A DNA stretch of 64,000 nt from an uncultured virus (IMG/VR IMGVR_UViG_3300020044_008989) (taxonomy: Duplodnaviria > Heunggongvirae > Uroviricota > Caudoviricetes), in IMG/VR virus record IMGVR_UViG_3300020044_008989, positions 84,421-148,420 of that record. The stretch is one strand, 5' to 3'. Shown in pieces: positions 46,092-56,034 of this stretch. The position numbers and the translations under genes were made by a program. Below the pieces are notes generated by a model. The model saw only the letters and a program-made list of their open reading frames with translations. It did not search any database and was not told the origin of the DNA. Position 1 is the first letter of the stretch. Each line of letters opens with the position of its first letter.

Positions 46092-49000
46092 ATGGCGAAC
46101 AATCCAAAATTTTCAGTTGAACCAGAAATCGTCGGCATACAAGAGGCTATGCGGCGAATGCAGGCTGCTGTTTCTCGCAAGCCGATTAATGTCCCTCTTG
46201 CTACCGACACAAAAAGTTTAAAAGATTTAAACAATGGCCTTGGCAAGCTTTCTGGTAGCGCCGATGAATTTACAAAAAGTTTAGAAGCGGCGAATGCTCG
46301 TGTTTTGGCTTTCGGAGCTTCGGTGGCTGTTATTTCCGCAATCCAGCGGGGCTTTGTTAATCTTGTCAAATCTACTATTGAAGTTGAGGCGGCGTTTAAG
46401 AAAATTTCTGTTGTTGGCGATCAGTTTGCCTCCACAGCGGGACAGTTAGAAAAATTTGGGCGCGGCATTTTCGATGTTGCTCGTCAAACTGGTCAATCTT
46501 TTGATGAAACTTCTAAAGCGGCGCTTGAATTTGCCCGTCAAGGTTTGGGTGCTGCTGAAACTCTTACGCGAGTAAAAGACGCGCTTACTCTTACTCGTCT
46601 TTCTGGTTTAGACGCCACATCCTCAGTTGAAGGCTTAACTGCCGCCGTCAACTCATTCAAGAGAGAAGGTCTTTCCACAACGGATGTTCTCAATAAGTTA
46701 ATCGCCGTCGATAATAAATACGCTGTTTCTAGTGGCGACCTTATCGAAGCTATTAAACGATCTGGTTCCTTCGCGCAAGAAGCGGGCGTATCTTTTGATG
46801 AACTGGCGGCGACAGTTACGGTTCTCCAAGAAGCGACGGCTCGTGGTGGTTCGGTTATTGGTAACTCGTTAAAGACAATCTTTGAGCGAGTTGGTCGTCC
46901 AGAAAGCCTAACTCAGCTTCGCAATCTTAAAGTTGAGGTTGAAGATGCCAGCGGAAAGATTTTGCCCGCAATTAAAATTGTTGACAACTTCTCCAATAAG
47001 CTAGGAACAATGAGCGAAACCGCCAAACGTGCGGCGCTCAGTCAATTAGCTGGCACATTGCAGATTAACCAGTTGTCCGCCCTCACGAACGCCCTGAAAG
47101 AGGCGGAAGGAGCATCCAGACGCTATGATGAAGTTTTATCCACGTCTGCTAACGCTTCTATTGAAGCCTCTACGGCGAACAATAAATTAAACGAGTCTCT
47201 TGACGCTCAAATCAAAGGTTTGCTGGCTACGGGCACTCAATTAGGGTCTTTATTTGGAAATATCGCTGTCGCCCCCGCTCTAAAAGGAGTTGTTGATTCT
47301 CTGGGTAGTTTCGGGACAACCATTATTAATGGATTAAGCTCTGATGGTCCATCCATCACCAAGGCTTTTGCCAGCGTTATCGGTGACGCTATTTTGGCCG
47401 CTGGTGTCGCTGGGACTCTTTCTATTGGGTTGATCTTAAAGAAATTTGCCCTGTTTGCAAAAGACAGCTTCTCAAACATTCTCGGAATTAATTCGGCGGC
47501 GAAAAATCAAGAGTCGATTCAATTAACGATTCTTAACACACTTCGTAGTAGAAGCGACATTGAGGCGGCAATTCTTAGCGCTGGAAGTAGTCAAGTTGCT
47601 CAAGCCACTGTCTTAGCGAAGCTTTATGAAGACATGGCTAATGACAGCGCCCGTCAATTAGCAACGTCTAAAGCCATTTCTCAAGTAATGGCCCCTAATT
47701 TTGTTATGGGTGGCGGCGGATTCCCAGTTAGGAAGGGGAAGACTGGAATTGGCGCGGCCAAAGGTTACGTTCCCGACTTAATCCAAGCAGAATACGCTGA
47801 CATTAAAAAAGGCACGGGCGGCGCAAAGAAGAATTCTGGCGTTGTTTTAATTAACGATTTTCCATTTGGCGGCGGTAAAAAGGGTCCAATGGTGGCGAAT
47901 ACCTCCGAAGGTATTTTGCCCATGGGAAATAGCGCGGCAGTTCTTAATAAGGACATGCTTGACAGAATGGGGTATGGAAAGAGGGCGGCAGAAGGAAATG
48001 TTCCGTCGCTGTCTCTTGCCAATTCAACTGTCGCTGGAAAATCTGGTAAATTCCTCTCTGTTAATAAATTAGAAAAAGTAGTTGAAGAAACCTCTAGAAC
48101 CTTAAGCCAACAGAATGTAGCTGGGATTAAATTCACTAACGCCATAAACAAAGCGATCAAGGATGCTGGCTTTGATTTAACTGGTAAGTCTCTAAGAGAA
48201 ATTGGAACAACTGCACTTAAATTCTCCAAGGATTTGAAGGCATATGATGTTGCCATTAAAGAAGCTTACGATTTGGCTATCAAGGAAAACGCTCAAAGGC
48301 AAAAACTACAAGCCGCTGAGTCCGCTAGAATAAGCGCAATCAAAACAAATGCCGCTAATTTAAATGACCCCCTTTCAAGGGCGGCTGAATTGAATAAAAT
48401 AGGTTATAGCAATATTAACTTTTCGAAGTCAACTACGAGCGTTGGAGGCGGTAATCCGCTGGCTTTATCTAGAAGCGTAACTCGGCTGGGAGGTTCTGGG
48501 GGGATGATTGGTGGCAAGTTAGTGGAACCATTTATTCGCACAGATAAAGGATTAGAGGAAAATCCAGAGTATAAGAAAGCTTTTGGCTCATTAAATCCTC
48601 TTGGCTCTTATCAGCCAATTAGAGGCCAATCTCAATCTAGCGATCCGTTAACAAGGGCTTCTCAAATTGGCCTAGAGAGACGGCTTTCCGCTATTGAAAA
48701 TCGTCCCCGTGGTTTATCGGGTGTTGTTGGGGATTTTGCCGTCAGAAACAGGACTTCTGGCGGGTCAAATGCTTCTTTTGGTGTCGCTCAACGATTAGCT
48801 ACAGAACAAGCTCAGGCGGCAAAAATAGCAAAAGGCGGCGAATACGAAATCCGCAATCGCCTTGAAAAACTAAGGATAGAAGACCTTAAAAAAGAAATCA
48901 GGGAAAGACTTGCTAGCGGCGCTGGTCCTGGGGATAAATTAAAGTTAACAGATAGATTTGGCGAAAAAAACAGCCGCCAAACAGTTGACGATGTTTCGCG

Positions 49001-52000
49001 TAGTCTCGCTGACTTAACTCCAGAAATTGACCGCGCCAAAAAAACATTTTCTGAGGTTGCTATTGACTTTGGAACTCAGGCTGGGACTATTTTTCTTGGA
49101 GCTTCTTTTGTTAAAAATGGACTTGAATCACTCGGCGTTCAGGCTGGTAAACTTACAGATACAGTAAGAGACGCTGTTATTGGTTTTATCGCTTTTAAAA
49201 AGATAAATGAGCTTGGCGGCAAAAAGGGCGGCGCTGGAAGTTTATTAGACGCTATTCTTGGTCCTGATTTTAAAAAGGGTCGTAAACTTGGCAGTCGTTC
49301 TGGTCCTTTGTCTGGTCCAGAAATGGATTTCCTTGGGCAAAGCAGGGGTGCTTCTAGAGGGTTCAGAGCACAAGGATTAATTCAAGGCATTACTGCTTTT
49401 GGAAGTAGGTTGCTCGGGGTTGTTCCTGTATTGGGTCAACTTGCGGCTGGATTATTTGTTGCGAACTCTGTTCTTAGTTATTTTGGGGTTGACGCTTGGG
49501 CTTCAATCAAGCAGTTTGTCACTGGTTTGTCGGCGGAAGGCGAAAAGGCTAAAGAGTCCCTTAAAACTTTTAGCGAGTCTCTATTTGATAATGGCAATTT
49601 CGTTGGAAAATCACGCGAAGACGTTTCGCGTGGTCTCCAGACAAGAATTCAAGAACAGAGAGAGCTTGTTCGGGCGAAAAACTTTAATATAGAAACAAAG
49701 GGCAAAAGCGCAGATCAAATTGCGGGCGAGAATTTTATCAAAGACCTAGAGAAGTCTCTTTCGTCTATCGTTGTCGGCAAAAAAGAAGTTACTCGCGATC
49801 AATTTATCAGCGCTGGTGTCGGTGGCGTTTCAAAGGTCAGCGTTGGGACTGGGAAATTTTCCGATAAATTATTCTCTGATTTAAACCAGTCAACTCAACA
49901 AGTTGTTCTTGATACGGTTGCCGAGATTTTCGCCCTTAATATTGACGAATTAAAGTCCATCGCCAAACAGAAGGGTATTAAAACATCTGGCAAGGAAAGT
50001 CGCGGAGAACTAGCTTCCACGGTTTCCCGAGCGGCAGTTGAGGCGGCTAAAAATGCAGGAACTCTTGATTTAATTGGCAAGGATGTATTTGGAACAAGCG
50101 GAACAGCGACGTACCAAAGACAAATTGCTGGGTTCGTAAGCCCTCAAAAAGCCGCTAGGCAAGAAAGTCAAGCTCGCAACCCCGAGTTATTTACTGATGT
50201 TAATACTGTCAGGGCTCAAGTTTCCGCCGCTCTTGAACTTAAGAAGCTTCAACTTGACTTTTCTACCGAATCAGAAAGAATTCTTGAGACAAAGATCAAG
50301 ACGGCCCAAATTTCTGACATTGAACGGACCAATCTTCAGACTATTCTTGATGGGTTGAAACTGGAGAGAGCTTTGCGCGGTGATATTTTTGATATTGCTT
50401 CAAAGGGTATCGACAAACTTACAAGCGCCGAAGGTTTTAGTGATCTTGAGAAGACTAACTTAAAGGCTAGCATTGAAGGAATCACTCGCTTGGGTCTTGG
50501 CGTCAAAAAAACCAAGGAAGAAGTTGTTAAAATTCTCGACGTTCTTGGCGGCGATGTTGTTACTGAAAATATTAAAAAGGAAATCCTTGGACAATTAGAC
50601 GGATTAAAAGACTCCAACGAGGAACGCCGCAAGCAATTAAGAATTCAAGGCGATCAACTCAAGAACGAGACGCAAATCACCGATCAGATCAGAAAACAGC
50701 AATCGCTAATCGAGTTGGCTTTTTCTTCGCGGCTGTCATCTCTTGATACTTCAAAGTCTGGTATTGAAGGCCGCATTAACGTATTAGGCGCGCAAGGAAG
50801 CAATCCAAACCTTACAACCCGCCAACAAGAATCGTCAAGACGGGCAGAAATCGCCCTTCAAGTCAAGTCTTTAGCCATTGAAAAAGAACGCGCCGCTGTC
50901 TCTAAAAACCAGAGAGAGATAGAACTTCTCAAAGAATTAAATGTTGACGAGTCTGTTCGCGCCGAACGCCTACGTTTAGTTTCCGAAGAATATGACAGAA
51001 CAACACAGTCAATCAACGACCAAATTGAGGTTTTAAGAATCCAAGAAGGCCAAGTTGGTTCGTCTGCGTCGGCCATGACCCTTTTGGCAAACGCTGCTTA
51101 TCAATTTAGACAAAATCTCGGCGAGATTGAATCGTCTAACGTGCTCTCAACTTTAAGGGCGACTGATTTCTCTTCGTTATCTTCCTCTCTTGTTTCTCAG
51201 CAAGCATTCAGTGATCTTGGTTCCTCTGGTAAGACTGGTTTAGGCGCGGAACAATTCCTCGCTGAAAGAACGGCCCTTCGCCAAAAGGAATTTGAAATCG
51301 CTTCCGCTACTTCCAAGGTTCAAAAACTCCAATTAACACAAGAAAAACAATTACTTGAGGATATTTTCGCGGCCAAAAAATCTGGTTTAGCTCCAGACGA
51401 GGCGATTGCTCGTTTGATTGAGTTGCAAAATAAGAGACTGAAAGAGCAGCGCTCGTTACGCTCTGGCGTCAACAGCGCCACGGCTGAAATTAAGGACGAG
51501 ATTGATCAATTCGGCTCTGAATTTGGAAGAACGGCGACTTTCGGATTTAGAGATTCGTTGTCAGAAGCTCTTAAAGCTGCCGCCAATGGAACTGGCGATT
51601 TGAAGAATGCTCTTCTCGATGTGGCCCTTAGTTTTGCTAACAAACTCCGTGATGCGGCCCTTGATAATCTTGCCAACATCGCGACTAATGCCTTGTTTGG
51701 AAGCGGTGGTGGTTCTGGTGGCGGTGGGAACATTGTTTCTAGTCTTGTTAGTGGTTTGTTTGGCGGGGCACAAAAAAGAGCCGCTGGCGGGCCAATCTCT
51801 GGCGGCTCTGGCAATAAAGATGACGTTCCTATTCTCGGCATGGGCGGGGAATACATGATTAATAAACAGAGCGTCAAGAAATATGGCCCTCAGTTGTTTG
51901 AAGCTTTGAATCAGGGTCGTCTTCAGAAAATGGCGAGAGGTGGACTTGTTGATCCTAGCATTTCTGGTAAGGCAATCGTTGGAGCAGCTAATCTCAAGAA

Positions 52001-52958
52001 ATTTGCGGGCCAAAGTTTCACTTCTGGAGCAACAGATAAAATCCTGAATCTTGGTGGCGGCGCGGCTTCTGTTGAACTTGAACCAGAAAGTCTCCGCTTA
52101 ACTAATTTCGCCCGTCAAAGTGGTAATCCTCTCCAGTCGGCAACCAAGGAAGCAAAAGATCAGGCTCTATCACTTGTTTTCCAGGATCAAGAATTACGCA
52201 AGCAATACAAAGACCAAATCGACGCCCTTAAAAAGGCCGAAAAGGAAAAACAGAAACAATTACTTGTGTCTCTGGCTGTTGCTGCCATTGGGGCAGGCGT
52301 AGGTGGAGCATTTGGAGGTTCTGGAACGGGCGGAACTGGCTCGCTTTACGGGCAAAAGAATTTACCAACGTATGATGCAAGCAATTCATATGTCGGAATG
52401 ACTTCGGCGTTGTCCAATAGAAGCATCGTCAGTTCTACATCCTCCGCTTCAAATGTTAGTGCTGGTGTGACTCGCGCATTGTCGAGCAGTGGTGCCGTTG
52501 GACTAAGTGAACTTTATCGCCCGAATCAGGTTGGCACCTACAATGGCACCATTCCTTCCCTTCGCGCCTCTGGCGGTCCTGTTGGTGGCAGCGGTTATGG
52601 AGATAACGTTCCAGCGATGCTGTCTGGTGGTGAGTTTGTGATGAACCGCAAAGCCGCAAAGAATCTCGGTCTAGCTAATCTTAGCGCCGCCAACTCTGGA
52701 CAATCCATGGGCTTGTCGGAAGAAAAATCCGAGGAACTTAACGAAAAACTCATCGCCAAACTTGACGAATTAGTTGAAAAAATGTCAGGCGGCAACAACG
52801 TCACTGTCAACGTCTCCATGGACAAAGAGGGGAAAACCTCTACTTCCGAAACGGGTCAACAAAATGAAGACCAGAAAAACATGAACCGCCGAATCAAAGA
52901 CGCTGTAGTTCAGATTCTTCAAGAGGAAAAACGCTTAGGCGGCGTTCTTAGAAAATGA
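46092..52958 (+). CDS. Tail tape measure protein (2288 aa)
   Basis: TP901-like N-terminal core, Ala/Gly-rich helices, repeated AxGG...GD.VP.ML..GE.V.N motifs. Confidence 0.93.
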   Translation: MANNPKFSVEPEIVGIQEAMRRMQAAVSRKPINVPLATDTKSLKDLNNGLGKLSGSADEFTKSLEAANARVLAFGASVAVISAIQRGFVNLVKSTIEVEAAFKKISVVGDQFASTAGQLEKFGRGIFDVARQTGQSFDETSKAALEFARQGLGAAETLTRVKDALTLTRLSGLDATSSVEGLTAAVNSFKREGLSTTDVLNKLIAVDNKYAVSSGDLIEAIKRSGSFAQEAGVSFDELAATVTVLQEATARGGSVIGNSLKTIFERVGRPESLTQLRNLKVEVEDASGKILPAIKIVDNFSNKLGTMSETAKRAALSQLAGTLQINQLSALTNALKEAEGASRRYDEVLSTSANASIEASTANNKLNESLDAQIKGLLATGTQLGSLFGNIAVAPALKGVVDSLGSFGTTIINGLSSDGPSITKAFASVIGDAILAAGVAGTLSIGLILKKFALFAKDSFSNILGINSAAKNQESIQLTILNTLRSRSDIEAAILSAGSSQVAQATVLAKLYEDMANDSARQLATSKAISQVMAPNFVMGGGGFPVRKGKTGIGAAKGYVPDLIQAEYADIKKGTGGAKKNSGVVLINDFPFGGGKKGPMVANTSEGILPMGNSAAVLNKDMLDRMGYGKRAAEGNVPSLSLANSTVAGKSGKFLSVNKLEKVVEETSRTLSQQNVAGIKFTNAINKAIKDAGFDLTGKSLREIGTTALKFSKDLKAYDVAIKEAYDLAIKENAQRQKLQAAESARISAIKTNAANLNDPLSRAAELNKIGYSNINFSKSTTSVGGGNPLALSRSVTRLGGSGGMIGGKLVEPFIRTDKGLEENPEYKKAFGSLNPLGSYQPIRGQSQSSDPLTRASQIGLERRLSAIENRPRGLSGVVGDFAVRNRTSGGSNASFGVAQRLATEQAQAAKIAKGGEYEIRNRLEKLRIEDLKKEIRERLASGAGPGDKLKLTDRFGEKNSRQTVDDVSRSLADLTPEIDRAKKTFSEVAIDFGTQAGTIFLGASFVKNGLESLGVQAGKLTDTVRDAVIGFIAFKKINELGGKKGGAGSLLDAILGPDFKKGRKLGSRSGPLSGPEMDFLGQSRGASRGFRAQGLIQGITAFGSRLLGVVPVLGQLAAGLFVANSVLSYFGVDAWASIKQFVTGLSAEGEKAKESLKTFSESLFDNGNFVGKSREDVSRGLQTRIQEQRELVRAKNFNIETKGKSADQIAGENFIKDLEKSLSSIVVGKKEVTRDQFISAGVGGVSKVSVGTGKFSDKLFSDLNQSTQQVVLDTVAEIFALNIDELKSIAKQKGIKTSGKESRGELASTVSRAAVEAAKNAGTLDLIGKDVFGTSGTATYQRQIAGFVSPQKAARQESQARNPELFTDVNTVRAQVSAALELKKLQLDFSTESERILETKIKTAQISDIERTNLQTILDGLKLERALRGDIFDIASKGIDKLTSAEGFSDLEKTNLKASIEGITRLGLGVKKTKEEVVKILDVLGGDVVTENIKKEILGQLDGLKDSNEERRKQLRIQGDQLKNETQITDQIRKQQSLIELAFSSRLSSLDTSKSGIEGRINVLGAQGSNPNLTTRQQESSRRAEIALQVKSLAIEKERAAVSKNQREIELLKELNVDESVRAERLRLVSEEYDRTTQSINDQIEVLRIQEGQVGSSASAMTLLANAAYQFRQNLGEIESSNVLSTLRATDFSSLSSSLVSQQAFSDLGSSGKTGLGAEQFLAERTALRQKEFEIASATSKVQKLQLTQEKQLLEDIFAAKKSGLAPDEAIARLIELQNKRLKEQRSLRSGVNSATAEIKDEIDQFGSEFGRTATFGFRDSLSEALKAAANGTGDLKNALLDVALSFANKLRDAALDNLANIATNALFGSGGGSGGGGNIVSSLVSGLFGGAQKRAAGGPISGGSGNKDDVPILGMGGEYMINKQSVKKYGPQLFEALNQGRLQKMARGGLVDPSISGKAIVGAANLKKFAGQSFTSGATDKILNLGGGAASVELEPESLRLTNFARQSGNPLQSATKEAKDQALSLVFQDQELRKQYKDQIDALKKAEKEKQKQLLVSLAVAAIGAGVGGAFGGSGTGGTGSLYGQKNLPTYDASNSYVGMTSALSNRSIVSSTSSASNVSAGVTRALSSSGAVGLSELYRPNQVGTYNGTIPSLRASGGPVGGSGYGDNVPAMLSGGEFVMNRKAAKNLGLANLSAANSGQSMGLSEEKSEELNEKLIAKLDELVEKMSGGNNVTVNVSMDKEGKTSTSETGQQNEDQKNMNRRIKDAVVQILQEEKRLGGVLRK

Positions 52959-53755
52959 GTGTGGCCAATCAAATCTTAAATGCCGACCAACTTTTCTTCA
53001 TTAATGGGCAAAAGTTATCGGGAGTTTCTAATGTATCTCTTGGATACACTAATCCCTTAGAGAGTTCTCCTGTTTTGGGCGATCCATCCTTTGGTTTTGT
53101 GATGAACGGACCTATTGAGGGTGTCGTAGAATTTTCGCGGGCGCTGATTTATAATGATCCTATCCTAAACTTCACAGGAGATTCGGCGTTTTCTGGCAAT
53201 TTCTCCTATGGTGGACGGACTTACTCTTTTGAGTCGGGTTATCTTACAAACTATTCTGTGTCTTGTGGGGTTGGCGATGTTCCTCAAGTAAATGCGAGAG
53301 TCTCTGTTTGGTGCGGATTAGTTAGTGGGGCGTCTGTTCCAAGTTCTCAAGTTGATGATGGGTTGTTTATTCCTAGTCCCAAAAGTATATCTGTGTCTGG
53401 TATGGATTTCGCCAGCAATAGAGTTAGGTCGTTTAATTATGCCTTGGACATTTCTCGCCAACCAATTTACTCCTTAGAGGGAGGAAGAAGTGCAGCGGCA
53501 ATTAATTTTATTTCGCCCATTAATGTTTCGGCCTCAGTCGAAATGGAGATTGGTGCGTCTGATATGCGTAATTCCTATGCCTATACGCAGAACTTTTCAT
53601 CTGATATTGTTAGTATTAGTATCAAAGATCGTTCCTTAGAAAACGTCGTAGCTAGTTTTTCGGTCCCCAATACTCAATTGCTTGGGGAAACCATTCAAAC
53701 ATCCGCTGATGGCCAACCAGTAAAAAATCTTACTTTTGGAGGATTTCTTGCGTGA
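52955..53755 (+). CDS. Tail-tube-like / distal tail protein
   Basis: Follows tape measure; YLTNYSVSCGVGDVP matches FITNYELSVAVGDIP of the major tail protein. Confidence 0.65.
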   Translation: MSVANQILNADQLFFINGQKLSGVSNVSLGYTNPLESSPVLGDPSFGFVMNGPIEGVVEFSRALIYNDPILNFTGDSAFSGNFSYGGRTYSFESGYLTNYSVSCGVGDVPQVNARVSVWCGLVSGASVPSSQVDDGLFIPSPKSISVSGMDFASNRVRSFNYALDISRQPIYSLEGGRSAAAINFISPINVSASVEMEIGASDMRNSYAYTQNFSSDIVSISIKDRSLENVVASFSVPNTQLLGETIQTSADGQPVKNLTFGGFLA

Positions 53756-56034
53756 GCGATTATTTTTACAATAGAGATAGGAACATTACTGGTGTTGCCG
53801 ACTTAACGGGACTGACTATTGCCCCATCTTATGGGTCTTCTGTATCTTTCGCAACAAGAACTTCTGAGATTAAGTATCCAAACAGAGTTTTGCGGCGCAT
53901 GGGACAGTCGTTGAACTCAGTAATTGCTGATTATAATTTAACATTTCGAGTAAGGGACGAAGAAGCGGCGCAAGTTCTTAACTATCTTGAGTCAAGAAGT
54001 GGAACCTTGCCTGTCGTTATGAACGACGCTTCTAGTATTTATAAAACAATTAGTGGTTTTGCGGACGACTTCTCTTGGGCGGCACGATCAAATTCTGAGA
54101 ATGAAATTTCGGCGCGAATTGTTATTGATAATCGTTCGCCGCAGTTAAACTGGAGCGGATTAGCTTTTGTCAACCATAATCTGCAACAATGGTCGAATGG
54201 AGAAAGCGTTCCAAAGTATTCTATTCGATATTTTGAGGCAGACAACCAGAATAAGTTTAACAACTTCTTCTACTGTACTGGCGCGCACGTTTCAAGCGTT
54301 TCTAACGCCCCTTTCTCTTCTGGGAGTATGTGGACACAGGATTTGTTTTTAGATCAGTCTTTTGAGTATTCTGTTGCTACTAAACCAGACGTGTCGCGAA
54401 TTGAGTTCGCCAATTCATTCTACCAAAGAGTTTACGACAAGAAGAACATTCATTCCATTGAGAATCTCACGATTAAATTCAATGGCCTGACAGACGCTCA
54501 AACAAAAGCGATCCTTCATTTCGCAGAAAGTAAGTTTGGCGAACTGAAATTTTCTTATCGCCCGCCAAAAATTTACAACCGCGACAAGGTTTTCTTTTGC
54601 CCGTCTTGGCGTCATACATGGGTTTATCAGAACAGCAATTCTGTGGAGCTTGACCTCATAGAAGACACTCTTGGGATTTTGCCGAAAAATAATTCGCCCG
54701 CCATTATTATTAACCAAAGAAACGGCCAATCGTATATTGATTTGTCGGTGGATTCTGTTAATGATTTTTCTTTAGTTAGTTATGGCGGCGGAGAAAAACA
54801 AGTTGTTGCCGATGGGACGATTTCCAAATCTTGGGACAATGGCCCTCAAAGCGTCAGTCTTTTTGGCGCTATCACGGGCGTTTCGGCGCAAAATCAGCGA
54901 ATTGAGTCGTTCTCGTTGAGTGATAGGGCGTCTATTGCAAGTTTGTCTTTAACAAGTAACACAATATCTCAAGCGTTGTTAAATGAATCGAGAAGATTGC
55001 AACATCTTGACCTCACAAGCAATTCTTTAACAGAGTTGGATACTCGAAACACTACTGGATTGAAGTCCTTGAAAATTGCCAACAATCGCGTCTCCTCTCT
55101 GGATATTACGACCAATACCGCTTTGACTGGTTTATATTTGAGCGGCAATCAATTATCTTCGGCGGAAATTAATAGCTGCCTTGATGCGTTGGTTAATTTC
55201 GGTAATTATTCTGGCGTTTTTGATGTCGCTGATGGAGAATATCCTGATTTTATTAACAATTCCCCTATTAGCGGGGGTGGGTTCGCAAACATAAATACCC
55301 TTGGATGGCGCAGGTGGTCAGTGAATGCCGATAACGCTAAGATACCACTAGACGTTTCTGGATATGGTTATCCCATTTGTCACTTCCAGCAAGAGTCCAT
55401 CACTGGATATTCCAATGGCCAATCTATTTTTGCATGGAAAGATTCTATCGCTGGGAGAGACGTTTCTAGGTCTGTTGTCACAGATTCTCTACGCCCAAGG
55501 CTGGACGAACTTCAATCTAATGCGCGTCCTGCTTTGTATTTCAACGGAGAATCTTATTTGACACAGACAGGTTCTCTCACCACCCCTTATCAATATGGCA
55601 TTTTCGCCGTAGTTAAGCCCGAGTCTTCTGGATACATGAGCGTATTCTCCGATTATTGGAATCGCGGCATGACCATTTCTGGCAATCGTTTATATAGTAA
55701 GACAAATCTTGGCAATACTTTTTTCGCAGAATTATCTGGCGGCGCATATAATGTCGTTGGAATTTATGGCGGAGCTAGCGGAATTATCACTGGAGCCGTT
55801 AATACGCAAACGCCATCTACTGGTTTAAAGTACGATTCGTCTAATTTGGACCTTCCTGGGTCCATCGGAAGAAATCGTTATGGAGGCATCGGAATCTTAA
55901 CGACTGGACATAACTCTCAAGTCCCAGCCCCGTTTGTCGGACATATTTCGGAGGTGGTTGTAACTACTGGAGAAGTGAATTTCCAAAAAATGATGCGTGA
56001 TCTTGGGGCGAAACATGGACTTGAAATTTTATGA
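53752..56034 (+). CDS. Minor tail protein with leucine-rich repeats and C-terminal lectin-like domain
   Basis: N-terminal minor-tail-like repeats; LxxLxLxxNxL repeats; ALYFNG...FVGHISEVVV. Confidence 0.75.
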   Translation: MSDYFYNRDRNITGVADLTGLTIAPSYGSSVSFATRTSEIKYPNRVLRRMGQSLNSVIADYNLTFRVRDEEAAQVLNYLESRSGTLPVVMNDASSIYKTISGFADDFSWAARSNSENEISARIVIDNRSPQLNWSGLAFVNHNLQQWSNGESVPKYSIRYFEADNQNKFNNFFYCTGAHVSSVSNAPFSSGSMWTQDLFLDQSFEYSVATKPDVSRIEFANSFYQRVYDKKNIHSIENLTIKFNGLTDAQTKAILHFAESKFGELKFSYRPPKIYNRDKVFFCPSWRHTWVYQNSNSVELDLIEDTLGILPKNNSPAIIINQRNGQSYIDLSVDSVNDFSLVSYGGGEKQVVADGTISKSWDNGPQSVSLFGAITGVSAQNQRIESFSLSDRASIASLSLTSNTISQALLNESRRLQHLDLTSNSLTELDTRNTTGLKSLKIANNRVSSLDITTNTALTGLYLSGNQLSSAEINSCLDALVNFGNYSGVFDVADGEYPDFINNSPISGGGFANINTLGWRRWSVNADNAKIPLDVSGYGYPICHFQQESITGYSNGQSIFAWKDSIAGRDVSRSVVTDSLRPRLDELQSNARPALYFNGESYLTQTGSLTTPYQYGIFAVVKPESSGYMSVFSDYWNRGMTISGNRLYSKTNLGNTFFAELSGGAYNVVGIYGGASGIITGAVNTQTPSTGLKYDSSNLDLPGSIGRNRYGGIGILTTGHNSQVPAPFVGHISEVVVTTGEVNFQKMMRDLGAKHGLEIL

